The notes below the pieces were generated by a model. The model had not been told where the DNA came from. It saw only the letters and a list, made by a program, of their open reading frames with translations, and did not search any database. Positions 41,550 to 56,102 of a DNA stretch of 64,000 nt are shown piece after piece. Position numbers and translations under genes: made by a program. Source of the stretch: Octopus vulgaris (Eukaryota). Every line of letters starts with the position of its first letter. Within the stretch, counting starts at the first letter, position 1. Location: the NCBI GenBank assembly GCA_951406725.2, contig OX597831.1, positions 51,026,001 through 51,090,000 on the forward strand, written 5' to 3'.

Positions 41550-42203
41550 TTTAGCACAAAGTCAGCAATTTTGAGGAGAATAAGTTAGTTGATACCATCA
41601 ACCTACTTTTAAAGCTGACTGGATGAAAGGCTGAGTCAACCTCTGCAGAATTTAAACTCAGAAAGTAAAGAGCCAGGAGAAATATTGCAAGGTATTTTGC
41701 AGAAAGTTCTAATGATTCTACCAATCTCCTGCCTTAATAATAAGAAGAATCCTTCCTACTAAAGGCACAGAGCCTGAAATTTGGGGGAAGAGGACTAATC
41801 GATTATATTGGCCTCAGTGTTCAACTGGTACTTATTTTATCGACCCTGAAAAAATGAAAGCAAACTCAACCTCAGCAAAATTTGAACTCAAAATGTAAAG
41901 ACAGACGAAAATACTGCTAAGCATTTTGCCCAGTGTACTAACTTATTCTGCCAGCTCGCCACCTTATATAATGATAACAATTCTTTTTACTATAGGCACA
42001 AGGCCTGAAATTTTAGGAAATTACATTGACCCCAGTATTCAACTGGTACTTGTTTTATCAATCCCGAAAGAATGAAAACCAAAAATACCCTTGGCAGAAT
42101 CAGGATGTGAAATCAGGATGTAAAGGGCCTGAAGGAATGCTGCTAAGCATTTTATCCAATACACTAACAATCCTACCAACTTGCCATCTTAAAAATAATA
42201 AAA

Positions 42204-42246
<43 letters not shown>

Positions 42247-42696
42247 TATTAATAAACCTTTCTACAACAAGCACAAGGCCTCAAATTTGAGGGGAGGGAG
42301 GGCTAATCAATTACATTACCGCCAGTGCTTAACTGATTCTTATTTCATTGACCCTGAAGGATGAAAAGTAAAGTTAGCCTCAGCAGAATTTGAACTTAGA
42401 ATATGAATATGGACAAAATGCTGCTAAGCACTTTGTCTGGTGTGCTAATGATTCTGCCAGCTCACTGCCTTATAATTTTTTCTACTATAGGGGAAGGGGC
42501 CAGTCAACGATATCAACCCCAATGCACAACAGGTACTTATTTTACCATCCTTGCAAAGAGAAGAGGCAAAGTTGACCTCAGCAAAATTTGAGCTCAGAAA
42601 TAAGAGTAATAAGGATGATTTGCATGATGCTACAGCCGATAGGAGGAGGGATGGACCAGCAGAGATTGCCATCTTAAAAATAATAATAATGGTAAC

Positions 42697-42728
<32 letters not shown>

Positions 42729-44110
42729 GATATTAATAAACACTTTCACACAAACAAGCACAAGAAATGATGAGGATGGGGAGAAGGAGAGAATTGAAGT
42801 TTAGGAAGTAATTGAAGAATATAATTGGAGCACAGGGAAGGAAACACAAAGAAGACAGGAAAAGAGTAGTAGTAGTAGTAGTAGTAGTAGTAGCAGCAAC
42901 AACGGTAGAAGCAACAGCAAAAGTGAAAGTTTCTCATAAACATTCTTGCTATTAAAACATATCATGTTTAATAGAATGGAATGCAATTTAGTTTGGCAAA
43001 TTTCAATATTCTGCGACATACTGTGAATTCTGACAAGGGAATTATATAGGATCAAATCAAATTATAAAAGGATATTGTGGAAACAAATACAAAAAAAATT
43101 CATAAAAAAGTCTCTAGAATTTCAAATTTTATAAACATGTCCTATAGGTATAGGAAAGATACATAAAAATGTAAAAAATATAAAGAAATATATAATAAAA
43201 GAATATATATACATGTGTATGTCTGTGTGTGAGTGTATATAAATATATGTATCAAAACTTGCAATAATAATAATCATTTCAGATTTAGGTACAAGGCCAG
43301 CAAATTTGAGGACAGGGGGTTGGTTGATACTATCAACTCCAGTGTTTGACTGGTACTTTATTTTATCAACCCTCGAGGCAAAGTTGAAAATTAACCCTTT
43401 AGCATTTAAACTGGCCATATCTGGCTCAAAATATTTTACCTGTTCTATATTCAAACTGGCCAGATCTGGCCTCAAACACCTACATGACAATGTCATTCAA
43501 ATCATAAATAATTAGATCTTCAAAATCTCAAAGCAACAAGATAGTGCACGATTAATTCAAAATATTGCTAAAGAATATGTATTAAATTTGACAGAGTAAT
43601 CTGAATGCTTAAGGGTTAAACAGAAAGAATATTACAAAGTATTTTGTCAAATGCTCTAAACATTCCACCAACACACTGCTTGAAATGTTTTCTAATTTAG
43701 GCACAAGGCAGGCAATTTTGTGGAGAAAGGGTTAGTCATAAAAGCCAACTCTAGAACTTAACTGGTAATAAATTTTATCAACCATGACAGGATTAGAGTT
43801 AAAATGGATCCCAACAGGATTTGAACTCAGAAAACAGCGAAACAGCCTAAATACTGCTAAATATTTTATCAGCCGCTTCAATGGTTTCAGCAATCCACTA
43901 CCCTCTTTTTCTAATTAATATTCAAGAACAGCAATTTTGAAGGGTGAGGTAGCTTATATCATTGACTGCCAGTAGCTGACTGGTACTTTATTTTATCAGG
44001 AAAGGGGAAAAGACATATTTGACCTCAGCAGGATTTGATCTCCAGAGATAAGGAGTCAGAGCAAATACTGCAAAGCCCTTTGTCCAATGCTCTAACAACT
44101 CTGCCAGTCC
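41550..44110 (-). mobile_element. Cluster of co-oriented, CpG-depleted SINE family A copies separated by AAT-rich spacers
   Basis: Repeated ggcacaaggcctgaaattt...actggtacttattttatc...tgaaaggcaaagt...gaatttgaactcagaa...ctgccagctc motif through the interval. Confidence 0.8.
43395..43615. mobile_element. piggyBac-type MITE with TTAA TSD
   Basis: TTAA|CCCTTTAGCATT...AATGCTTAAGGG|TTAA, inserted in a SINE. An inverted sibling lies at 56900-57114. Confidence 0.88.
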
Positions 44111-44335
44111 ATTACCCATGATAAGAAAGGAACAGTATGGCCTTATGATTGAAAGGTTCACTTTAGAATCACATGGTTCAAGGTTTGGTCCCACTGACTG
44201 GATGCTGTCAGCTGATGTTCTATACACCTTGTGAATGAAATTAGTAGACAGAAACTGAAGAATCATGCCTTCAACTTTTTCAATCCAAGGAGTTGTTTCT
44301 TTTTTTAACCCCAAGATTTACATAATTATTTACAG

Positions 44336-44424
44336 CTTTATGCACTTTAAGATCCATTGTTCTAAAAAAACAATTATTCAACATTCTCTTCAAGTATATT
44401 AATTCTTATGATGTCAACAACATG
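44336..44424 (+). CDS. Coding exon, + strand gene (phase 1 to 0)
   Basis: ataattatttacag| ... ATG|gtaagg; reads LCTLRSIVLKKQLFNILFKYINSYDVNNM. Confidence 0.7.
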
Positions 44425-45183
44425 GTAAGGATAGTTTCTAAAATGACTAAAGAAATTTGAAGGATTGCTTTGGTCCAATGATAGAACATCTATCATGTTT
44501 ACTGATGTGGGTTCAAGTCCTGTCTGTTTTTTCCAAAAATCAATCCAACTGCATTGCATCTTGGGCAAGTGTCTTCTACTATAGCCTCAGGCCAACCAAG
44601 GCCTTGTAAGTGGATTTGGTAGACAGAAACTGTAAAGAAGCCTAATATATATATATATATATTTATATATGTACGTAGGGGGGCTCCAAAAGGGGTCTCA
44701 AGGAATAGAGTCTCTGCCTTCCTGAGCTTGTTTTCCACCACATTTCTTAAAGATCATGGTAGAGGCCTTGGTCTCGGGTCCACTTATGTATAGAAACTGA
44801 GATTGGGGGTAAGCAAGGGCATGTCCCCCATAGAAAATCCAGCACCTAAAAAGCCCCATGATAGCAAAGGAGAATGAGCACCAGCCAGCCCAAAGGTTGG
44901 GGTGGGCTGCACCTACCTACCTCCATTGCTATGGCATCGAGGTAGATCAAGCCACTCCCGATAAAACACTGGATGACGATGATATATATATATATATATA
45001 TATTATATATAGATAGATAAGCACACGTATGTAAATATATTTATTAAAGACGCAGGCATGGAACACCTATGATTCAGAACAGAGTTTTCCAACTACAGTT
45101 TGTTTAATATCTCTTATTGTTCATCAGTTGTTGCAAGCGTATTTAATACAGAAGTAAGCACATTTTAAACATGCATGAAACAG

Positions 45184-45241
45184 TTAATGAATGATAGTGA
45201 GTCTCAAATAAATCACTGTCAAGAAACTCAGAGTCCTGAAT
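45184..45241 (+). CDS. Coding exon, + strand gene (phase 0 to 1)
   Basis: ...gaaacag| (weak pyrimidine tract) ... T|gtaagt (consensus donor); reads LMNDSESQINHCQETQSPE(L). Confidence 0.6.
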
Positions 45242-45341
45242 GTAAGTCTTTCATGCCTGTCTTTTAAAAAATTTACTCTTCTACATCCAATGATTTTTTT
45301 TGTGGTTATACATGTGGTTTGCCAATGTGTGTGTGTCTGTT

Positions 45342-45379
<38 letters not shown>

Positions 45380-45490
45380 CACACACACATACATATATAT
45401 GTGTGTGTGTGTGTATAGCTCCAGCATGGTCACACACTCCAATGACTGAAGTAAAAGATAAAAGATATATATATATATAAATATATATAT

Positions 45491-45541
<51 letters not shown>

Positions 45542-45808
45542 ATTCTTTTATACGTTTTATATACATATCTGTTTATATAAATGTAGATATGTGCACAGGA
45601 CACACCGTAAAGAGAGACGGCTGTGACACTTGAATTATATAGAGATTTAGAGTAGAATAACTTAAACATAAACAAACAAATACACAAATATATAGAGATT
45701 CTGTTATGCCAGTCTTTTAGAAATTTCATCAAAATAAACCTTTATAATGTCATTTAGGTAAAACAGGAACATTTCTGATGTAAATTTAATTTGTCCTCCA
45801 CTCAACAG

Positions 45809-45876
45809 TGACAATCCAAACAGGAGAAAATAATGTAATAAAAAAAAATAAACATGAGTGGTGCAGTGAAGTGTGG
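45809..45876 (+). CDS. Coding exon, + strand gene (phase 1 start; 3' end uncertain)
   Basis: ttgtcctccactcaacag|; reads TIQTGENNVIKKNKHEWCSEVW. It ends at TGG|gtacac or reads on to TAG at 45886-88. Confidence 0.5.
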
Positions 45877-46024
45877 GTACACTTTTAGTATATTTTCAGT
45901 TGATGTTCAACTCTTGACCTGACAAGTGTGTTTTAATATGCAACAGTGCTTACTATGAAACACATCAGCTTGCTTTTTTTATGCATCACATTTAATAGTA
46001 TAATCTAAAATTCAGTTAACTGTT

Positions 46025-46070
<46 letters not shown>

Positions 46071-46075
<5 letters not shown>

Positions 46076-46290
46076 CAAAATAGGACAAGAACACAAAGCA
46101 TCCAAATAGACGATACAAAAAACACAGACAGGTCATTCGAAGCCTTTAATCTTCAGTGAAGAACCAGATCATCCGAAATTGCGAGAATGATCCGGTTCTT
46201 GACTGAAGATTAAAGGCTTCGAATAACCCGTCTGTGTTTTTTGTATCATCTACTTGGATGTTTTGCGTTCTTGTTCCATTTTGTATTTTT
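46071..46290. repeat. Foldback palindrome (arms about 100 bp) of a probable Penelope-type terminal repeat
   Basis: aaatacaaaataggacaagaac...cttcagtgaagaaccagatcat / atgatccggttcttgactgaag...gttcttgttccattttgtattt, with a short spacer near 46174-46182 and (TA)n on both sides. Confidence 0.9.
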
Positions 46291-46329
46291 ATATATATAT
46301 ACGCATGTATGTATATAAATATATAGATA

Positions 46330-46484
46330 CAGTCATGGGAAAAAGTTTGGAACATAGTTCTAAAAGGTAGAACTCTTAGATTAGATGCCCAAATAAACAC
46401 ATAGTATATATTTGAACTGAATTGTACTTGGGTATAACAATTTTAATTTTAAAAACAAATGTTCCAAACTTTTAACCACGACTG
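46330..46484. mobile_element. Tc1-type MITE with TA TSD
   Basis: TA|CAGTCATGGGAAAAAGTTTGGAACA ... TGTTCCAAACTTTTAACCACGACTG|TA. Confidence 0.88.
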
Positions 46485-46588
46485 TATGTAAATATGTCTT
46501 TTGTGTATATACATGCATTATATGTATAATTTAAACAAAAACAAGCTAAAAGAAATAAACCTCTATTGGGAAATATACAAATATATAT

Positions 46589-46644
<56 letters not shown>

Positions 46645-46667
46645 TTGTATAGTTGCCTACCTATCCA

Positions 46668-46716
<49 letters not shown>

Positions 46717-47037
46717 CATTGCTATTATGTATAACTATTGTATGTCCAAATTTGGCCAAATGCATTTTTTTTTCAATATTTATATATATATATGCACACG
46801 CACATATATATTATATATATACATCATGCATACATACATACATACACACACACACACATATATTTATTCATACACATAGATATATGAATGTATATGAAAT
46901 GAAGTGTTTTGATCAAGATCACAAATCACTGCCCAGTTTGGGAATTGAAACCATAACTTTACATTTGTAGGTTCAACACCCCAACTGTATGATCACATGC
47001 CTTCACACGCACATATAAATACATGTGTAGATGAATG

Positions 47038-47082
<45 letters not shown>

Positions 47083-49769
47083 CCACAGAAAGCTATACAG
47101 GTACACAGAGTATCTCTCTTTTTGAATGTATATTGTAAGTGCATGTGTATGAACATACACATATATATTTGTGCACATTATAGACTATACACACACCCAT
47201 TCACAAGCAAATATATAGACAATGTATTGTGGATTGTGAAATTGAAATTATATACTTTGAATTGAAACAATTATAAAAAAAATAATAATAAAGATATCTT
47301 TGTTACGTATTTAGGAAATATCTACATGGGGGGAAAAAATATCTGCATCTCAAAATGTATACATCAGATAATACCAAAAAGAAACAATATTATTCGATTT
47401 GCAAAATTTTGCTTGTAGTTCTGCTTGTACATGTTGTACTTGTAACAATTTTGTTTGCACATTTAAGAAATTTTCTTATGACAATTTTACATTCTCGAAA
47501 AGAACAAATAAAGAATTTTTTTTTTATTTTAATTGAAAGCCAAAAAACATTCTGAACATTTAGATTAAAAGGTCTTTTTCATTTTAAATCTTTACATTTT
47601 TCTCTATATTTGATCATTTTATTTTTTTAAAGTTTTTTTAATTTTAGAGGAATTTGAGGTTATTTTTTCACACACATGCTTACAAGAGCAATACAAAAAT
47701 CTGTATCTTTTGCTGGTTACAGCCATTTTGTTGTGGCCATACTAGGGCATCACGATGAAGTATTTTCAACTTTGCTATGTGTAGTTCAATATATAAAGGA
47801 TAATACTGAATAAATCCATTCCTATTTTAAGATAAAATAGAAAATGAAAAGGAATATGTTCTATTGAGATTTGGCGTTACTGTTATTAGAAAGTTGTTAA
47901 AATTTTTAGGCGACACTTAAGCTTGTAAGTGCATGAAGAGATTAATTCTATATGCCTATTCAATATTTTGACTGATGTTTCAAGTTCAATAGCTTTTCTA
48001 AGCTCCAATGATTTCAGAAAGTATTTGATTGTATATTAGTTGACACTGTAGCTATGAGGCACCATGAGATATATTGCTATTTTACAAACACCATTTTTTG
48101 TTGCCAGCTTTCTATCCAATTTTTATTTTTATTTTTTATTTTTTTATTTTTTTTGGTAACATTCTAAATGTATAGTTATGATGTTAGACTCTGATTTTAA
48201 GTTGGTCCACAGTCATAGCATCAATGCTATTTCAGTTCATCTTTGATGTTACAGTTGTGACATATTTAAGTGAGTTTTCCAAGCTGTTTGCATTGACTAG
48301 AAGGACAGAGTGAGAATGGAAACTACATTTCCATATCTACTGGTTGTGCTTTGGGGATTAAAATCATTAAATATTTTCTTATCATAAGTAGATATTAAAG
48401 TGCTAGCAAAATTCATTACGATTTAAACATCTATTTTAACCAGGTTTGAACTAAAACTTTTTTGTACTATCCAGGAAGAAAATGAGTTCTTATAAGATGG
48501 AGAAAGGTTTTTACTTATCAGTGTACTTATATTTATAAAATATTATGGATTGTATGGCATGTTCTTTATGCCTCACTTCCTCAAAAAGGGTGTAAGAGCT
48601 TCTATGAAACCACTAGATGCCAGCATGTTGCATATATTTGCTAAGTTGACTGTTAGTTCATCATAAGTGATTATGAGATTTGTGCAGACAGTTTGATTTC
48701 TCTGAATTACATATTGGATGGTTTATATTGTCATATACAGTGGTTGGAATATTTTGTTAATAAGGTTGAATGTTACATCTAAAGTACTTATCATTTTTAA
48801 GTAACACACACTGTAACTTATAGGTTCAAGTCAGTGAACAGCTGAATTAGGAATTTCTGAATTTATTTGCTTGATACCCATTTATATTTTTGGAAACTAA
48901 TAGACCATTATTTCTATCAATTGCTCCAATAATGATACAAAATTCATTTTACATTAAATTTAGAATATATATATATATATTATATATATATATATATATA
49001 CAAATTAGTTTTAAAATTTCTAGGGAATTTCTGGCATCCATGCTTACAGCAAAGAAATTAATGTCATCTTTTTTTTTTTCATCTATATGCATATCAATTT
49101 TCTGATATCCATGTTTGTGTGTATGTGTCATTATCTATTATTGATGAAAGTATGGAGTTTTGTAAATTCTAGAGCCTTATATACACACACACACATTACA
49201 TGCACATACACACACAAACACACACAGAAAATAGATGAATATATTTTATGTACTTATGTCCCTGTAACTTAGTGGTTCAGCAAAAGAGCCCGATAAAATA
49301 AGTACTAGGCTTACAGAGAATAAGTCCCGGAGTTGATTTGTTCAACTAAAGGCGGTGCTCCAGCATGGCCACTGTCAAATGACTGAATCAAGTAAAAGAA
49401 TAAAAGAACAAAAGAATATATAATGATAGAGATGGTAATTGGATGGGATAGCAGGCAAGAGACTGAATAGTTAAAGGGTGGTTTGTGGTGCGAAAGTGTG
49501 AAGGATGCCATATCAGTGACTTAGGGAAAGGAATAGTAGCTACCAGTACATAAAGATAATGTTAGCTAGTGGGAGTGGGGGTAGGTAGGTGTGTTGAATA
49601 AAAGGACAAGCTACAATTAAAAAACAAAATTATAAGGATGAATTGACAGAAGGATGGTAATGGTTCACAGCACAGGGGAGACACACTAAAGACAAATACA
49701 TATTTGCTTATAAAAGGGAGAGAGATCAAGTGAGAATGAGTGGAGTGTATTGGACACCACCAGATTTAA

Positions 49770-49988
49770 CCCTTTTGTTACAATATTTATTTTGAGATGC
49801 TATCTCTTTCAATTAATTTTGAATATAACAAAGAATTTAGTAAAATAACATAGTTACCATTAAGCTGGTGTTAGAAACATAAATTGTGACTAAGATTTGG
49901 TGGAAGATTTTAATTCAAAACTTATGAAAACAAGACATTTGTACTATAAGAGCCAGAGGCAGTTTCAGCTGGGTTGCTATCTAAAAGA
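49770..49988. mobile_element. Second piggyBac-type MITE family (decayed right TIR)
   Basis: TTAA|CCCTTTTGTTAC ... gctatctaaaaga|TTAA. Confidence 0.55.
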
Positions 49989-50479
49989 TTAATGCAAAAA
50001 CCTCATTACTCAGACACCATGATGAGAGAGGGAGATACTAAGGCAGCTTTTGTCTGCTGATAAAAGAGAAAGAGAGGAAAATAAAAAGCAAGTGATGGAC
50101 AAATATAGAAATGGTTGATAGTGAAAGTGATAGATGTCAGTAAAGAATGAGAAGGAACAAAGAAATGAAATCTAGCTGCATAGAAGAGTTATATTACATG
50201 GTGAGTGAGTGATGGGTGTCAATAAAGGAGTGACCTGAGGGTGATGGGGGTATTTACTAGCATTATTTATTAGCATAGTAGTAAGAGAAGGGGTGTATCA
50301 GGTACCACAAGATCCAATGAAATCCCTCTTATTCAAGCATCATGAGTTAAGAGAAGACAGGAGTAGTGAAATCTGGGTAGTTGTAGAAGTATAGACAGAT
50401 TCAATGTTTTCTCTTATTTAACAAATTATATGTTATGGCAAATGAGGGAAGGGATGAAAGAGAGATAATATCAAATAAT

Positions 50480-50780
50480 CCACCATCCGAATCGTGGCCG
50501 AAGCCAGTGCCGCCTCGACTGGCTTCCGTGCCGGTGGCACGTAAAATGCACCAATCCGACCGTGGCCGATGCCAGCCTCGCCTGGCTCCAGTGCAGGTGG
50601 CACGTAAAAAGCACCCACTACACTCACGGAGTGGTTGGCGTTAGGAAAGGGCATCCAGCTGTAGAAACATTGCCAGATAAGACCGGAGCCTGGTGCAGCC
50701 TTCTGGCTTCCCAGATCCCCGGTCGAACCGTCCAACCCATGCTAGCATGGAGAACGGACGTTAAACGATGATGATGATGA
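50480..50780 (+). mobile_element. Retroposon with (GAT)n tail (RTE-related SINE or LINE end)
   Basis: Ends ccatgctagcatggagaacggacgttaaacgatgatgatgatga. The same end occurs at about 60402-60445(+) and 39230-39430(-). Confidence 0.7.
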
Positions 50781-51167
50781 AGTAATAGTAGCAGATGGCA
50801 AATTAACAGTAAAAAATTGGTGAAATGACCAAATATAGTTTTAAAATACATATCCCAACTTCCATCATTACCCACCTCCCATTTGAATATATGTTTCAAG
50901 CTTGCACAGGGATCAGATTTTTTCCAGTAATGTGTCCTCCCAATTAATACAGTACGCTGTCATCTCCATAAGCAGCAACAGCCTGGGAAAGGCGCAGGTG
51001 TGACTGTGTGATAAGAAGCTTGCTTCCCAACCACATGGTTCCAGGTTCAGTCTCACTGTAAGGCACCTTGGGCAAGTGTCTTCTACTGTAGCCCTGGGCC
51101 AACCAAAGCCTTGTGAGAGTATTTGGTAGACAGAAACTGAAAGAAGCCTGTTGTTTGTGTGTGTGTG

Positions 51168-51202
<35 letters not shown>

Positions 51203-51876
51203 TTGTGTGTGTGCGTGTGTGTCTATGTTTGTCTTCCTACCATCGTTTGACAACCGGTGTTGGAATGTTTACATCTCCATAACTTAGCGGTTCGGCAAAA
51301 GAGACCAATAGAAAAAGTGCTAGTCTTACAAAGAATAAGTCTTGGGGCTGATTTGTTCAACTAAAGGTGGTGCTCCAGCATGGCTGCAATCAAATGACTG
51401 AAACAAGTAAAAGAATAAAAGAATGTCTTCACAAGTCATCCCAGGTCTTCCTTTTCCATAAATTTCATAAGCTCATTTTAAATGCATATAAGGTCTCTTT
51501 CTCCATATGCATCACATGTTTTTACAAGTGCAGTATATAAACATGTCAGTATGTGCAGGTGTGTGTATATATACACACACACACACACACAGACACACAC
51601 ACATTCATTTAGATACATAAACAAGAAACACAAGTCCTTTATTTTATTTATTCATCTAAAACTAATGTAGCAGATCAATTTTGATCAGGTAATCATTGCT
51701 ATTCACAATAAGAAAGAATAAAGTGATAAAGAGTAGAGTGCTTATAACCTTCTTATAACATGGCCAGATGTTATGAATACTGTCGCTTCAGAATTTTCTG
51801 AGAAAGATTCATGACAGCTGGCAATGTTGCAGGGAGACAATAAACTAGTGCATACACACACACACACACACACACA

Positions 51877-51953
<77 letters not shown>

Positions 51954-53847
51954 ATAATATATATGCAGATGGAATTGTCATTTTGATTTATTTGAAGGAT
52001 ATAAAGATACAAAATTGATGGATATTTTGTTTTAATCGCAAAACAAAAAAGTGCTGCCAGGTCCTGAGTTATAGCTATATATATATATGTATATGTATGT
52101 ATGTATATGTATGTATATATGTGTGGTGTGTGCTTGCATGATTTGATATAAATATTCATGCATCACCATGATGTATATAGATACACACATCACATACATA
52201 TATTTGAACGCTATAGTATATAAATGATTATATATCATAATACGTGTGAGTGTGTGTGTGTGTGTGTAATGAAGAATTTTTAAAATGATGCAAATGAAAA
52301 ATGGATGATACATAAGCATTTTTCATGAAGAAAGCGCAAGGAGGGTTTCAAAATTTTGGAATGCTTCTTGTTCTTCAAAAGAAAATTAAAACTAAAAGAA
52401 GGGTGAAGAGAAGAAAAACATTCCTTGGAATGTGCACAAGTAAGATAGTTTGTAATAATTACATTAAATAAATGGTAAACTGGAAAAGGTTAGGCATGAA
52501 AAACAGGGTTTCATACCTATGAGATACATAGCAAATTGCAGTAATATTTTGGCAAGTTGGACTTGATGCAGTTACAAGGAACTGCACCACCAGTCAGTCA
52601 TGCAGAACTTGTTTTTTCTTAGATTGCACAAGTGGATTTCATTGAATAAATCATTATTATTATTTTCATTATTACTAGCATTATTATCATCATCATTATT
52701 ATTAGACACACAGACATATATGCACACACACAAACACATAATTGTGTGTGTGTGTGTGTATGCGCGCATGTATGCATGAGTATATAAGTTTTGTGTGTGT
52801 GATATGTATATACTGTGTATGCAGAAGATTTCTGAAAAGAATGAAATAGTTCTATACACGATTGCCCCTAAGAAGAAATTTTAACAAATTTCTAATAAAC
52901 AAGCAACAAAACAATTAAAAAATTAATTAAATGCATTCAATGCATCTTTTTCTTTATTTCTTAATTTCAAATTCAAACTTCTAATCCTGCCATATATTGT
53001 AAAGAAATGACTATCACCTTTGTAATGTGTGTGTGTGTGTGTGTGTACACTGATATAGATATACATACACCTTCATTTCATATTCTAGTTATTAATCTTT
53101 ATTTTTAAGCTATTCAGCATTATTATATAATTATTATATTATCTGTCATATCCTTCACTTTCTGTTCCTTTCTCTTCTATCTCAATCTCTTTCTTAAGCT
53201 TTCTCTGTCTCTTCCTTTTAAAAACGTGTGTGTTTATATTTACAACCCAACACCACATCATGACATTACTAACAAGTAAAATGCAAACTCTGAAAGGCAG
53301 ATTGCATATTATCTGCCTAGGGGGAAAGTAACTTTGAATAAAACTCTTGCAAGAGAGAAGGGAGTGTAACACTTGTCACATACAACAACCCGCTAGTATC
53401 ACTAACAAAATAAAATGTGGTAAAACACTTGTTTCCCAACCACATGGTTTCAGGTTCAGTCCCACTGTTTAGCACCTTGGGTAAGTGTCTTCTACTATAG
53501 CCCTCAGCTGACCACAACTGAAAGAAGCCTAATATATGTAATGGCCCAGTGGTTAGGGCAGTGGACTCACGGTCAGAGGATCGCGGTTTCAATTCCCAGA
53601 CCGGGCGTTGTGTGTGTTTATTGAGCAAAAACACCTAAAGCTGCACAAGGCTCCGGCAGGGGCTGGTGGTGACCCCTGCTGTACACTTTCGCCACAACTT
53701 TCTCTCACTCTTTCTTCTGTTGGCCTGCTCGCTTAGCCAGTGGGGTGGCATCATTTGAAGGCTAAAACAATGTGAAGCGCATTGTGACCAGCGATGTGTA
53801 GCAACATCTGATAGCCTGGTCAGTCACGTGATCACGTGATATATATA

Positions 53848-53891
<44 letters not shown>

Positions 53892-54482
53892 TGTTAATAT
53901 TATTATTATTATTATTATTATTCCATACTGCAAGAAGACATACACTGCAATAAAATTGACTGGCTGGCTAGCTGACTGGCATTTTTCAGTTGCTTTGTGT
54001 GCCAGATAAGGCAGACTATTACAAGTGGGCAAAACCTATCCAACCCATACAAGCATGGTAAAATAGACATGAAATGTTGTTTTATTGTTTTTGCTGTTTT
54101 AAGGATGATGATGATGATGACAATAATGCAAACATTGTTTGTGTGTGTGTGTGTGTACCTGATAACATTGCTTAACATTGTTTGAGATTGCAGGCAATAC
54201 TCAGCTTTGCGGCATAAGAACAGCAACACAAACTGAGAAAAAAGAAAGGGGGGTTATAACACAATATTTTTTAAAATCAGTCAGTTGAAAAGGCCGATAC
54301 TGCTCTTTCTCTTGTAATGTCTTATTCCTGTTCTGTAACAAAAAAAAAAAAAATAGATTCCTTTTGGTGTTGTTTTTTCATCCATAAAACCTAACTTACA
54401 ATCAAATAAATGATTGAAATGAGATTTGTCAAGAATGTGTTACAAGTCAATCTAAAGATTCAATTCCTAGTGACAATAGTGC

Positions 54483-54522
<40 letters not shown>

Positions 54523-55965
54523 TTTTTTTTCTGCATTAAGCAGAAGGCCTGAAATTTTGAACGAGGGCTAAGTGGATCATATTAACCCCAATACTCAACT
54601 GGTACTTACTTGATCAAACCTCCAAAAGATAAAAAGCAAAGTTGAGCTTGGTTGAATTTGAACTCAGACCATAATTGAGGTCTACTTTGTCTTTTATCAT
54701 TTTGGTTGGGGTGGTTGATAAAATAAACACCAGCTAAGCACCAGGGTTGATGCAACCAAGTAGTCCCCTCCAGCAAATTTTCAGGCCTTGTACCTATAGT
54801 AGAAAGGATTGTTTTTATTATTATTACTACTACTACTACTACAACTACTGGAGACAGTAAACTGGCAGAAGCATTAGTGTTGGGCAAGCTCCTTTCATTT
54901 TGATTTCAATCCCACCAATGTCAACTTTACCTTCTATTCCTTGAAGTACCAGTCAAGTACTGATGTCAATGGTTATGACTAACCCCGTCCACTAAAACCT
55001 GTTGGCCTTGTACCTAAATCAGAAACTGCTATTATTTTATTTTCCTTCAGTAATTTCATGCAAGTTTCAATTGCACCACCTGGTGCACCTCTGTATCCCC
55101 TAGATGTGAATTCAGCATTGCATTCTTATGAGTATTGAGGGAGTACAGACTCCTTCTGTTGGTGTTCTGCATCAGTTTGTTTTGTAATGGGGTTTCGTTT
55201 TTTATTTTATATTAGTGTTTGTTCTGTTGTGTGTGGTGTGTGTAATGAAGGCTGTGTTGTTCTCATGGCCCTTAATCTTACATGGTATATGCTGTGACAG
55301 TTGTGTTGTATTAGATTATATGGTGCTTATTGTATGGAGAGTGTGTTGTGTGTGATGACTGTTCTATTAGAGCTATACTATTGAATTAACATTGTCTTGT
55401 GCAAGATATGAGCTGTTCCTAGCAGACCTATTTTGGGGTCAGTGTATAGTGTTGTGAGCTTTTGTGTGCCTTTTGCATTTCTTTATTATTGCTATTCTTA
55501 TGATGCTTAGATTTTGATTTGACATTTGTACAAACTGAGTTCAAGTGCCACCCAGGAACCTCATGAGACAGCAAGTTATAAGTTCTATTAGTTCAAACAT
55601 AAATATACAAGAACAATTTTATTATTATTGTTTGGAGTATAGTTGATGAACTGAAACCTAGAAGATGATTAGTTGCTATATCAACATTGGATGCTTGAAT
55701 AATAGAGTAGACACTTGCAGGAGTCAAATTCAGAAACCAAAGAGATTTAAATAAAAACTGCAAGGTATTTTGTCTGTCACTGAATCAATTCAAATCTGTA
55801 TATGAAATAAAAGACAATGAGGAGATATGACATTGTTGCACAGACAAATCTGAAGACCTAATGATGTAATGCAACAGTATTAATATCACTACTACTAATA
55901 TTTAATTATTATTATTACTCTTATTATTATTAGTATCATTGTAATTATTACTACTACTACTACTA

Positions 55966-56006
<41 letters not shown>

Positions 56007-56102
56007 GTTGTTGTTATTATGCTTTCGATGATGATAATAATAATAATAATAATAATATAAATTAAGGGGAAGTGAGGACATGAAGTGATTTTGATTCTGG
56101 TC

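Noticed and set aside
41550-44110. CRISPR-like or satellite array
   Set aside because: Units are long, diverged SINE copies with irregular spacing in eukaryotic DNA, with no cas genes.
45085-45135. Minus-strand hammerhead (CTGATGA...AAACTGTA)
   Set aside because: GAAA is replaced by CAAA and stems I and II do not pair convincingly.
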